A DNA stretch of 64,000 nt, from NCBI RefSeq assembly GCF_006345805.1, contig NC_043003.1, forward strand, positions 29,450,001 to 29,514,000. Direction: 5' to 3'. Positions within the stretch are counted from its first letter, which is position 1. The number at the start of each line of letters is the position of its first letter. The DNA is from Octopus sinensis (Eukaryota). The notes beneath the pieces are model-generated. The model was not told where the DNA came from, ran no database searches, and saw nothing but the letters and a program-made list of their open reading frames with translations. Positions 25,764 to 38,296 of this stretch are shown here, in pieces. The position numbers and the translations under genes were made by a program.

Positions 25764-26899
25764 CGGGAAAGTTTACAAAAATAAACAAAAGATGAAGGCA
25801 GGTGGAGTACAAACAAACAATGTATTAGTATAGCGCTCAGGAATAGAAATAGAAAAAGTCTTTTACATTTCAAGCCTACGCTCTTTGAAAGAAAGATACA
25901 CAGAAGAAAACAAGGAGAGAAACAGGGAGAGAAAAAAATGCATGTAGGAGCTAACGATCTATCATATATATATATATATAAATACTAGCAAACACACTCA
26001 TCCTTTGGACAGTTTAAGTTGCTTTGGTGGTATTTTTTTCACCAAAATATTGAACTGCCAAGAAGGTTTATGAATAGCATGGCAATCTATGTTTCCAATT
26101 AACCTAGGAATGGAAAATCAAATTAAATGCTGGTTATTGTGAAGGTTATTGCACTTTAATGATCATAGAACATATAAGTTTGCAAGCGATGCAAAGTAGA
26201 GCTACTGAAGTGTTTTGGGAGTAGATTAGAGATAATGACTACAAATTATGGTTGTTTTACATGAATGATGAGTGGCGTAATCCTCAGCAGGATCATAGTT
26301 GAGTGCCTTTGATGACCATTGACCACTCGATGGCTTCCAATAGCCATTGGTAAGAGCCTTCCAGTGAACATTAGACTGAAGTCTCATCATCCAATGGTTA
26401 TCATCATCTGCCAACCTTGTGGTAGAAGTGGGTGCATCATTGCATACCTGATGGATAGCACTCTCTTCTGGGGCTTCTTTGGCCCTCACAGCAGAAGTGG
26501 ATGCAGCATTGCCTGCCCAATGGTTAGCACTCTTTTGTAGGGTTTCTGCAGTACAATTTAACAACAACAACAATGAAGATGACAATGATGATGACAAAGA
26601 CAACAACGATGACAGCAATGGTGGTGGTGGTGGTGATGGTGAAGATGATGATGATATATACTCTTTCATTGAAGCCGAAAAAAGCTTAACAAACTGTTAC
26701 TCGGAGTTTCATGTAACTGTTCATCATGCAGTTGTTATAACACAGACTAGTCTCTATTATGACAGCTATCTCACAAAAAGTTACATGAAACTCTGAGTAA
26801 CAGTTTGTCAAGGGTTTTTTTATTTTTATTTTTCGACTTCAATGAAATTAGTAACTTTTGGTATTCGAGTACTAATTTTTTGGGCCTTGTTTTGCACCT

Positions 26900-28150
26900 A
26901 TGTGATTACTTGTGTGTTTGTGTGTGTGTGTATGTGTGTGTGTGTGTGCGTGTGTGTGTGTGCGTGTGCGTGTGTGCATGTGTGTATGTGCGTATGCATG
27001 TATGTATGTATCTATGTACGTATATTTTGCACCTACGGGTTACTTACCTTTGTGTGTGTGTGTCTGCGTCTGTGTGTGTGTGTATGTATGTATGTATCTA
27101 TGTATGTGTGTATGTTTTGCACCTATGTGGTTACTAGCCTCTGTGTGTGCATGTGCATGTGTGTCTGTATGCATGTGTATGTGTACATGCATGTATGTAT
27201 GTATGTATGTAGTTAGATTACATAGGTCAATCCAATGGCCTAATATTTTGGAGTTTCCATGGTGTGTAACCACTTTTTGAGAAAAGGAAAACTTAGATGA
27301 GTATTATGGCTCATTACTCTAACAGCAAAAGCAGTGCTGGAAGAAAGAGGGCATATATTTATATATAAATACACCATCTGGTTGGATTACAATATCACAT
27401 CTGACAGGGGTCAGAAGAAAAGAAAGAGAAGAAAAATTAGTAAAAAAATGAAAAATAAAAATAAGCGATAAGGAAAAAATGTGTTTATGTTTGAACATGC
27501 ACACACACACACATACATGCATACATATATGCACATACATAAGCAAACATGTACACAGATATGAACACAGATGCATATACACATGCATACTCACACATGC
27601 ACACATAAGTGCACTGACATATACACATGCCTCCTCCACCACACACATATGGACTCACAGAAACACGCTAACATACACATACATGTATACACACATACAC
27701 TCACATGCAGATATATGCATAGCTGCACATAAATATACATGCACAAGAAAGAGAGTGCATAGACAACCAAGCATTCTCTTCTTACACATGCATACTCTCA
27801 CATACACACAGACACACACATATACACATCCTTGCTCATTCACACATACACATATCCTTGCTCACATACACATACACACACCCTTGGTCTCACACACACA
27901 CATTCAAAGATATGCAGAGGTACGCACACATATGATTCAGGCACAAGAGAAAGTGCACAAGCACTTTCTTTCTACACACACATACTCATATGCACACACA
28001 CACACACACACACATACACAACTGCATGCACACACTCATGTATACAGACACACACACTCACACAAGTACATACCTGCTCTCTCGCACATACACACCACAT
28101 ACACACACACTCTCACACATACAAATATGTTCGTTTACACACACACATGC
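26900..28150. repeat. Long degenerate (GT)n then (CA)n microsatellite fields
   Basis: Direct reading; source of poly-HT/CV ORFs. Confidence 0.85.
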
Positions 28151-28224
28151 TTATGACTTTTCAAACTTATCTCTTTTATTATAGGTTTCTTGTTTTGTCA
28201 GAAATAATTAAGCACGTTCTTCAA

Positions 28225-28589
28225 TTTTTACCTCAGCAAAGGTGGAGGTATTGTTTTCAGTCACAGTTGTTTGTTTGTTTGTCCAAGGACAAGACATCTT
28301 GAGAACCACTGGATGGATTTGGATGAAACTTTCAGGGATGTTTGGCCTCATAACTGGCATGAACTGATTAGATTTTGGGATCAATTTGATACCAGACAAG
28401 GATTCTGGATAATTTTTCCTGTTTTTTTAATTTAATTTTTGAGTACAGTTGGGTTCATTTTTAGTATTCTCATTTGTGAGAGCAGTTGAGTTTATTTCAG
28501 ATATTCTCATTTTAAAAATCATCTCTGGCTAACCATTGAGAGGACATTGGTTTTGCCTTGACGGAGGTTTGTGCTCTCTAAGTACTTTT
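28225..28589 (+). mobile_element. Non-autonomous Helentron-type element (HINE-like)
   Basis: 5' ttacctcagcaaagg..gagg and 3' ccttgacggaggtttgtgctctctaagtac subterminal inverted motifs. Confidence 0.6.
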
Positions 28590-28904
28590 GTTATTGTTGT
28601 TGTTGTTGTTGTTGTTGTTATTATTAACTGCTGGATTAAGACCTCTTCAAAATATGGAGTGAGGAAATGCCTCTCTATAAAAGTAAACGCTAAGTGATTA
28701 TCTTTCTTTGCCATTGGTCATCAAGCTTTGGCCATGCCACCACCTTATGGTCACCAAAGAACCACGAAAGTAAACAATTGTCTCCCTTCAGCCTTGGCTA
28801 TTAGCTTCCAGCTGTAGCATCACCTTGCAGATTCCTAAATGCCAGCAGGAATCTTCTAAAATGCAAGCATGCCCCAAAAATCTCCATCCTCATGTGGTAA
28901 GTAG

Positions 28905-29270
28905 CTTGCTTACCAACCACGTGTCTTCCACCAAGTGTCTTCAACTATAGACTTGGGCTGACCAAAGCCTTGTGAGTGGATTTGGTAGATGGAAAGAAGC
29001 CCATCGTATATATATATATATATATGATGAAATATATATATATGTATATGTGTATGTATATGTTTGTGTGTCTGTGTTTGTCCCCCCCCCCAACATCGCT
29101 TGACAACCGATGCTGGTTTGTTTATGTCCCCCGTAAACAAAAGCAGTTTGGCAAAAGAGACCGATAGAATAAGTACCAGGCTTACAAAGAATAAGTCCTG
29201 GGGTCGATTTGCTCGACTAAAGGCAGTGCTCCAGCATGGCCACAGTCAAATGACTGAAACAAATAAAACA
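28905..29270. mobile_element. tRNA-derived SINE (main family) with an inverted head fragment
   Basis: Matches the copy at 37610-38002. Confidence 0.75.
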
Positions 29271-29271
29271 A

Positions 29272-29323
<52 letters not shown>

Positions 29324-29349
29324 TACATACATATATATATATATATATA

Positions 29350-30830
29350 TGTTATAGGGAATTAGTATTAATGGTACACCCCTCCCAATGTGACGAGTGG
29401 AATAAGCCAATCATGATAAGTAAGGTGACGTCCGTCAGTATCAAGAGAGTATGTATTAGACTGTGTTGAGTGTTGAGAGTTGTATCTGTGCTGATATAGT
29501 AATTATACTGTGATACTGAGTGGATGTTATAACAATCCAACCTTCTGAGGATAATAACACTGTATGACTGGGGGTCTTACAATGCCAGATAGAAACAGTC
29601 TACCAACAACTTCAGAATATAATAATATCAATCAGAGTGACAACTGTCACACAAAGACAGATAGAACAGCGGCAAAAGACTGCTTTATAACAGTGGTGAC
29701 AAGGATAAACCAATTCACGTGGAGTTAATAGAAACTTGTAGGGGAGTTAACAAACTCACAAAAGTTTTTGTTGTGTAAATTTTATGAAAAATCATAAAAT
29801 TATGGAATATATGTTGGCTAATTTGCTTGAGTTGCAAAAATAGCAACAACAACAGTTGAAAGAAGAACAACAACATCTGATACATCTGCAAGAGCAGCAA
29901 CAGAAGCAACAACAACAATTAATATTACAGCAGCAAATGCTGCAATTACTGAAGTCATCAAGAAAGCCAGAAAAAGTGTTCTCGCCTGACTCAAATATGA
30001 ATCTGATAAAAGAGTTACCTTTGAAGCATACTACAGAAGATATGAGCAAATCTTCGAAAAAGTATGTAAAGATTGGGACAACAAGATGAAAGCTCACTTA
30101 ATCTTGAGAAAACTGGCACCAACAGAACAAAAACGATACAGTAATTTTGTACTCCCAAGAGAACCGTCTCACATAAAGTTTAATGACACAATTGGTATAT
30201 TATGTAAGATTTTCAGTGGAAAAAGCTCCTTGTTCAACACACAGTGGAAGTGTCTGAACATAGAAAAAAGTAGTAATGAGGACTACATCACAAATGCTGG
30301 TAGAGTAAACAGGGAATGCGAGAAGTTTAAGCTAGATAAATTAACTCCAAACATGTTCAAATGCCTGATTTTTAAACAGAGACTAACTGCCGAAAAGGAC
30401 ACAGAAGCCAGAACTAGAATTCTTGCAAAGCTGGAGCAAAACCATAATGTAACCCTGCAAAATGTGTCTGAAGAATGTGAAAGGATACTTAAATTAAGAC
30501 ACAACACAGGAAATTGAATGTAAAAATTGTTTCCAAGTAAAAAATCAGTGCAGAATAATCTGAATAGAGATAGTGTGTTTTCTAAACAATACAACAAATT
30601 TCACGATGTAAACCCATGTTTTGCATGAGGTGGTATGCATCTGAGGAAAAATTGTCCATTAAAAAAAATGGAGTGTTTTCATAGTGGAAATATAGGACAT
30701 ATAAAGTCGCACTGTAGAACAAGGATGATAAAACATCAGAACAATGTGAAATAAGTAAATAGTTTGTCTTCGAAAAAAGGGGTAATATCAAGTCATTAAA
30801 AATGAAATGTCTGATTTTCTCATGCACCAA
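29350..30830 (+). mobile_element. 3'-truncated Mag-type Gypsy element: LTR (29350-29692), tRNA-Ser(GCU)-type PBS and degenerate gag
   Basis: tgttata...tataaca termini; PBS tggtgacaaggat at 29694-29706 (CpG-decayed TGGCGACGAGGAT); poly-Q gag N-terminus, LILRKL..E..RY..FVLP and SSLFN motifs, two zinc-knuckle remnants. Confidence 0.85.
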
Positions 30831-31363
30831 GTTTGATAGCCATTAACTCTAATGACAATTCTTTGTTTTACAACATTGAAGAGTTACATCATCACTTTTC
30901 AAAATGAAATTCATGGTGTCTGATTATATTGTGAGTTTTCTCTTGTAAATCAACTTTTGTGAACTCATCGATAGATCAAAAATTTGTATTGTTTATGAAT
31001 ATCAGTTCTGTCATGGAACTAATGCATCTCAGACAGTTTGAAACATTAATGAGGTGTTTGGCAAATGAGCACACTCTACATCAATGGTTTGAGTAGTTTT
31101 GGTCTGGTGACTTCAGTCTTGAAAATCAGCCCCGTGGTAGAGAGAAGTGGATACCACACAAACTGAACAAGCATCAAATGACTCAGGGTCAAACAAAAAA
31201 GCCTAAGATATATGTATTAAAACATTCACTTAATTTATTTGGCACAGAGTGGATACAACCATTTAATTTATGGATACATTCAAAAGTGTGTAGAAATATA
31301 GTTGCTTCAGTCAAAGGTTCAAATGAGGCTGAAGGACTGAAACAAAAGAAGTGCAGTAAAACA

Positions 31364-31450
<87 letters not shown>

Positions 31451-31512
31451 CATATAAATATATACATTCATATATATATATACACACATACATATACATA
31501 CATACACACATT

Positions 31513-31562
<50 letters not shown>

Positions 31563-31694
31563 TGTATATACATATATACATTTATGTGTGTGAGTGTGTA
31601 TTTATGCGTGTGTGTGTGTATACATTTGTATAAATGTATGTACATAATATATGTTCATTGTCTATTCATGTTATTATATGTTGAACTTCCCTAG

Positions 31695-31768
31695 ATCGAA
31701 TTAATCAATTATACAACCAACATAAAGAGTTGCAGGATCAGCGCCAGAAAGTTCTCAAAGAAATCCTA
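31695..31768 (+). CDS. Coiled-coil gene exon 8 in window; (D)RINQLYNQHKELQDQRQKVLKEIL
   Basis: ttccctag acceptor, gtaagt at 31769; phase 1 in (g+at = D), phase 0 out. Confidence 0.88.
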
Positions 31769-31911
31769 GTAAGTTCTCCACTCTTTATTTTAAAAACATT
31801 GTACCTGTTGTATGAGGGCTATTCAAACAAAAAAACAAGTTTTGTTTAAAAAAACAAAAGCTATTGCTTCACTTACTTTCACAGGTATCTGTGCATTTCT
31901 TGAGTAAATTA

Positions 31912-32476
31912 TTGGGTTGTCTGGAAAGTTCATGCCAATTTTTAAAGAAAGAAAAAGGTCAATAAATACTTGCCATTACATTTTTAATCAACCAAATATG
32001 AACCATTTTGTTGCACAATGCATCTCCATCTTTCCTTTAACTTGAAAATACCCTCTTCCCAGAATTGAGGTGGTTTCATGGCAAAGAATTCATCAAGGTA
32101 TCTTTTTATGTCATCCAAGGAATTGAGATTTTTACCATTAAGACTATTCTGCAGAGACCTGAATAAGTGTAAATCCAAAAGAGCAGCATCTGGTGAATGT
32201 GGAGGGTGGGGTAACACATCCCAGCCAAGCTGCAGCAATTTTTGTCTGGTTCCCAAAGAATCAAGTGCCGAAAATGAACTTTATTATCTTCCATTTTAAA
32301 GGGTTTCAGAATTAACACAGGTTATAGGAACATAAACCTTCTTCCATGAAAAGATAGCTTAAACTGTGTTCTAAATGGAGGTGTAGTCAAATCCTATTTT
32401 ATGGAGTCAACCATGTTCTAAAATAAGTCAAAATGTAAGCTACTATAAATTAGCACAAACTTTCCGGACAACTAAA
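31912..32476 (-). mobile_element. 565-bp internal-deletion derivative of the 15780 mariner family
   Basis: Same TIRs with TA flanks; transposase N-terminus MEDNKVHFRHLI fused directly to C-terminal sequence. Confidence 0.92.
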
Positions 32477-33969
32477 TATTTTGATCATTCTTATTGTTTG
32501 AAACTGGTGGTCTCTTAGGGTAGATTTCATGTTCAGGAACAAATGGAACAACTAAGGGATGGCAAAAGGATAGGAAAGGCATCCAGCCATAAAAAATCTT
32601 CCTTAGTGAATTCATTCTGAGCCATCACCTTCATTTTGAGCTGTTTAGACAAGTATTTTATTGTCATGGGGACAATGATAGAACCACCTGCAACAACTGA
32701 TTTTTTAATTTCAACAAGCACGGCATAGCTTTAAGTGCAGGTGTTTCCATAGGAACAAGTACAACAGTGTAGTTAATAGTTTTTTTCTCAACCACATGAT
32801 TTTGGGCTCAGTCCCATTATATGGTATTTTATGCAAGTATCTTCTATATAGCTCTGGGCTGACTAAAGCTTTGTCAGTGGATTTGATAGATGGAGACTAA
32901 AAGAAGTCTGTTGTATGTGTGTATGTATGTGTATGTGTGTGTCTGTGTGTGTATTTATATTTTCTTGCCTTGACATCATGTGATGGTTGTAAGCATCATC
33001 ATTATACAGGAGGTATCATTCATTGTCAGTCTTCTATGAAAACATTCTGTCTAGGGGAACTATTATCTTGCACAGAAACAGTTAAGGGTTGGTGACAGGA
33101 GAGGCATCTGGCCATTGAAAATCTGCATTAGTGAATGAATTCCTTCTGAGCCATGCAAGCATGGAAAAAATGGATGTTAAAACAAGATGGAAGTGGAGGT
33201 GGAGGAGGTAGTGGAGTTGGCAGCATTGGCAGCAGTATCAATGGTGATGGTAGTGGTGATGGTTGAGGGTGGTGATGGTTGAGGGTGGTGGTGGTGGTGG
33301 AAATGGTGATGTTGGTGATGCTGATTGTTGTAGTGGTTGTAATGACAGTGGTGGTTGTACAGATGATAATGGTGGTGATGGTGATGGTGGTGGTGTTGAT
33401 AGTACTGATGAAGATCTTATCACTTCTCCTTCCAGGAACAGAAGCAGAAACATTTGAAAGAAAACACAGATCTGGCATCTCGGTACCGCTGGCAGCAGAA
33501 TCATCTCATCTACCTACAGTACTGCTTTGTACAGCAGACTGACAAAAACCTTCATTTGGAAGAAACTCTGAATGACCTAAGACAGGTAGGCTGAGAATCA
33601 AGATGTTGTTGTTGTATATAGCTATATACATGTACACACACACGCACACATACACACACACACGTATTTTGTTGTGTCTGGAGAGAGTCAGACTGCCTTA
33701 ATATGTTACACATTCACTGGTTCAAATTCCACTCATTTATTATTTATATATATTTTTTTTCTTTGGACGTTGACAACATCCATTGACAAGGTTGCAAAAG
33801 CAATGAAAATTTTGGAAGAAAAAAAAAATAAGTGAGTGGAAATTGAACTAGTGAGTGTGTTATATATCAAGGCATATTAAGGCAGTATGGCTCTCCCCAG
33901 ACACAACAAAATTTTGTTTCAACACACAAATTCACATAAAGAATTTTGCAAACCAGATACAAAAACGAA

Positions 33970-34030
<61 letters not shown>

Positions 34031-34040
34031 TATATATACA

Positions 34041-34559
34041 TTAAATAAAATGAGACAACACAACTAAGGCGGTGTGGAATTCATAGGACATTTATAAAGA
34101 GAATAGTAGACTTACAGCTATTTCTGGGATATTAGGGACATCCTTTCATCAGAGATGATATGAGAGAGTTAACTAGATGGGATTTATGTCTCCACACTAT
34201 CTACTTGTAATAACAAAATATGAACTCCTATTGGAATTTACATACCATAGACAAGAAGCATTTCTACCCATTCTACATAGCACTTTCCTTGGATAATGGA
34301 ACTGCAACTGTAACAATCCTACATATATTTTTACTTTTATTTTTATTCTCTTATTTCCTTTTATACTTCCTATATCCAACCTTTTCCAGAGTAACTCCTT
34401 ATATTGAACTCTACTATTTCCCTCTAGTTGACTCTCTCATATCGTCTTTGATGAAGGGATATCCATAATATCCCAGAAACAGCTGTAAGACTACCTTTCT
34501 CTTTATAAATGTCCAATAAATTTCACACAGCCTTGGTTTTGTTGTCTCATTTTATTTAA
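34041..34559. mobile_element. Foldback of inverted Penelope-like terminal repeats with hammerhead-like motifs
   Basis: ~135-bp diverged inverted arms (about 34041-34176 and 34421-34559). Confidence 0.78.
34444..34491 (+). ncRNA. Minimal type I hammerhead-like motif, C3U core variant
   Basis: GTCT-TTGATGA-a-gggatat-ccata-atatccc-a-GAAAC-AGCT-GTA/AGAC; predicted cleavage after 34487. Confidence 0.6.
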
Positions 34560-34988
34560 CATATCCATGTTCACACAAGGCCTGCATTAGACTCCTCACT
34601 CATATTATTATCAAACCGAGAGTCTAACTACGGTCTTCCTGTAACACTTACACAGCCTTACCTGCCATCTTGGGTCTTCTGGATACCAGTACCTCTCATA
34701 TGTTTATATATATAAACATTTGGATGCAAGTATGGTTGTGTAGTTAAGAAGTTCACTTTTCAACCATATGGTTTTGGATTCAGTCTCAGTGCATGGCTTC
34801 CTGGGCAAATGTCTTCTACTATAAGGTTGGACTGGCCAAAGTATTGTGAGTGAAGTTGGTAGACAGAAATTGTGTGGAAGCCTGTTGTACATATGTGAAT
34901 GTCGTGTTTGTCACCCAATTCCCCATTGCATAACAACTGATGTTTACTTGTTTACATCCCCGTGATTTTGCACTTCACCAATAAAATA

Positions 34989-36274
34989 CCGTAAATCCTC
35001 GAGTATAATCCGCATTTTTATCCCAAAATTTAAAGGTAAAAATTCCTATATACGAGGTTAAAAATGAAAATTATTTTCTAAGCAATGTCCGAGTCTCTAT
35101 TTGCTGTCCGGCAATTTTTATTCAGACGCATTTTGTGATGTCGGGCGCGAAAATACCTTAAATCATCCATAACTTGCAGCTAGCAACATTTATTAAACGT
35201 TATTACTGTTATTGGAGTGGCTGTGTGGTAAGTAGCTTGCTTACCAACCACATGGTTCCAGGTTCAGTCCCACTGCGTGGCACCTTGGGCAAGTGTCTTC
35301 TACTATAGCCTCAGGCTGACCAAAGCCTTGTGAGTGGATTTGGTAGACGGAAACTGAAAGAAGCTCATCGTATATATTACTCTTTTTACTCTTTTACTCT
35401 TTTACTTGTTTCAGTCATTTGACTGCGGTCATGCTGGAGCACCGCCTTTAGTCGAGCAAATCGACCCCAGGACTTATTCTTTGTAAGCCTAGTACTTATT
35501 CTATCAGTCTCTTTTTGCCGAACCGCTAAGTGACGGGGACGTAAACACACCAGCATCGGTTGTCAAGCAATGCTAGGGGGACAAACACAGACACACAAAC
35601 ACATACACACATACATATATACATATATACATATATACGATGGGCTTCTTTCAGTTTCCGTCTACCAAATCCACTCACAAGGCATTGGTCGGCCCGGGGC
35701 TATAGCAGAAGACACTTGCCCAAGATGCCACGCAGTGGGACTGAACATGGAACCATGTGGTTGGTTAGCAAGCTACTTACCACACAGCCACTCCTATATA
35801 TGTGTGTGTGTTTGTGTGTCTGTGTTTGTTCACCCAACATCGCTTGACAACTGATGCTGGTGTGTTTACATCCCCGTAACTTAGCGGTTCGGCAAAAGAG
35901 ACCGATAGAATAAGTACTAGGCTTACAAAGTCCTGGGGTCGATTTCCTCGACTAAAGGCGGTGCTCCAGCATGGCCGCAGTCAAATGACTGAAACAGGTA
36001 AAAGAGAGTAAAAGAGTTATTAATGTTATTTCTTTGTTTTCTGCGAACAAAATGCTCAAAAAAGCTACACGTTTGCATTATGTTATAGATACAATAATAA
36101 TAAAGGACGCTACCGTATACATTTTTACAAACCAAGGACGTTATATAGACCTCCTTGACTCAAGTTAGAGAAGGGGAGCATATTATACACAAGGTTTAGG
36201 TTTTCAGAGGTATAGCCCCCTAAAAATCCCCTGCTTATTATACTCAAGGGCAGACTATACTCGAGGATTTACGG
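34989..36274. mobile_element. Tc2/pogo-like MITE containing nested SINEs
   Basis: Perfect 19-bp TIR ccgtaaatcctcgagtata with TA on both sides. Confidence 0.85.
35214..36017. mobile_element. Full minus-strand SINE (about 35378-35794) inserted in the central (TA)n of a plus-strand SINE of the same family
   Basis: Head at 35214-35375, 3' half at 35795-36017, inverted full copy between, tatatat on both junctions. Confidence 0.85.
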
Positions 36275-36623
36275 TAGGTACCAGACTTAAAAAGTAAGTA
36301 CTGGGTTTGATTTGTTTGAGTAAACCTTTCAAGCTGGTGCCCCAACATGGTTGCAGTTCAATGACTAAAATAAGTAAAAGATAAATGTTCTTACTTTTTG
36401 ATTTGAAGCTTCAGGAACAACATTGTGGAACATCCATTAAATACAACACTGTTAAATTGAGTTTTAAATTGAAGCATATTTGATAAGCTGTCAAAATTTT
36501 CATTGCACAGCCTGGTCACTGACATAGTTCCACTAAGTAACAGTAGAACTATGTTGGTTCCCAAATCACAGATATGTGAAGAATATTCTGACACTTCTTA
36601 GAATAAATTTAAATTTAGAATAG

Positions 36624-37017
36624 ACTAGCAGTATCGCCCGGCGTTGCTCGGGTTTGTTTTGACCCTTTAGAATTGGAATTTTTGAAAAGTAAAAATTTTG
36701 CATTATGTAGCTTGTTATTTTCTTTAAGTGAACATTTTTCTGGTTGAAATACACAAAAAAAATGGCAACATAGCAGTCAAAAAATCGAAAAAATAAGGAC
36801 TTTCATAGAAAAACAACACCTTTTTGATGTAAATAATTTTTGGTCTTAACATGGTCCGATTTGAATTTTTTCTCCTACGGAAGGAAGAATAAGCCTTCTT
36901 CTATCATGTTCTCAATTTTGGTCAACTTGCGCCGCAGGGTCTCAGAGGAGATAGTGTTAGTTGAAGGCTACCAAACCTGCCATACACAGATAACTTCAGC
37001 TTTATATATAGAGAGAT
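36624..37017 (+). mobile_element. Helentron-type HINE
   Basis: 5' actagcagtatcgcccggcgttgctcggg, 3' ctttatatatagagagat; ends shared with the 55414 family. Confidence 0.7.
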
Positions 37018-37609
37018 TTAACAGCTTGGCATATTATTAAATGATTCTTTCATCATGTAGTTACTTTAGTTTCAATTCACCATCACAGATCAAGTCATGT
37101 TCTAGACAAGCACATTCAAGCTTACAATTCGGCTTTTACAATATGTACATTGTTGTGCTGGAGCAAGCAACTGTAGATGCAGATATGGCTGAGTGGTTAA
37201 GAGACCTGCTTCCCTACTATGTGATCTCAGTCCCACTACATGGCATCATGAACAAGAGTCTTCTACCATAGCCTTAAGCTGACCAGTGCCTTGTGAGTTG
37301 ATTTGGTAGATAGAAACTGAACGAAATTTTGTAAAAGTATGTGTGTGTGTGCATGCATGCGTGAAGTGTGTGCATATGTATGTGCGTGTATCCTTATTTA
37401 GGCATCATTTGATGATTGTAAATGAGCTTCACCTTCAGACAAGTAATGTGCTTCATTTCCAATCTTCCACATTAATCTGGTCTGGCTATGGGGAAATAAT
37501 ATTTTACTTGAAAACATGTGAGGGATGGCAACAAGAAGAGCATCTGGCGTCAATGAATTCTGTCTTGTGAAAGCATAGAAAAGAGGATGTTAAATGATGA
37601 TGATAATAA

Positions 37610-38002
37610 GGCGCAAGAGTGGCTGTGTGGTAAGTATCTTGCTTACCAACCACATGGTTCCGGGTTCAGTCCCACTGCATGGCATCTTGGGCAAGTGTCT
37701 TCTACTATAGCCTCGGGCCGACCAAAAGCTTTGTGAGTGGATTTGGTAGACAAAAACTGAAAGAAGCCCGTCGTATATATATATATATGTATGTGTGTGT
37801 CTGTGTTTGTCCCCCCAACATCGCTTGACAACCGATGCTGGTGTGTTTACATCACCATAACTTAGCAGTTCGGCAAAAGAGACCGATAGAATAAGTACTA
37901 GGCTTACAAAGAATACGTCCAGGGGTCGATTTGCCCGACTAAAGGTGATGCTCCAGCATGGCTGCAGTCAAATGACTGAAACAAGTAAAAGAGTAAAAGA
38001 GT
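37610..38002 (+). mobile_element. Full-length tRNA-derived SINE (main family) with internal (TA)n/(TG)n and (GTAAAAGA)n tail
   Basis: tRNA-like head gtggctgtgtggtaag..gggttcagtccc; multiple copies in window. Confidence 0.85.
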
Positions 38003-38296
38003 ATAAGGCGGCAATCTGGCAGAAACATTAGCACGCCGGGTGAATGAGATCGACTTTGCCTTTCATCCTTTCGGGGTTGATAAATTAAGTACCAGTTGCA
38101 TACTGGGGTTGATCTAATCGACTGGCGTCCTCTCCAAAAATTTTGGGCCTTGTGCCTAAAGTAGAAAAAAAAAAAAATGATGATGATGATGATAGTGATG
38201 TTAATGAGATCAAACAGATCTTCCTCACTTCATCTTTGATGTTCTAAATTTATAAATATACCACAAAATGCTTATTTTCTCATGTACTTTTTGCAG

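Noticed and set aside
28185-28208. Phase-compatible alternative terminal exon (GFLFCQK*)
   Set aside because: Very short, next to a HINE insertion, with no poly(A) signal; the normal exon 7 to exon 8 chain already fits.
35214-35290. tRNA genes at SINE heads (also 22116, 37610, 54784)
   Set aside because: A/B-box-like heads continue into SINE bodies and tails; no complete cloverleaf.
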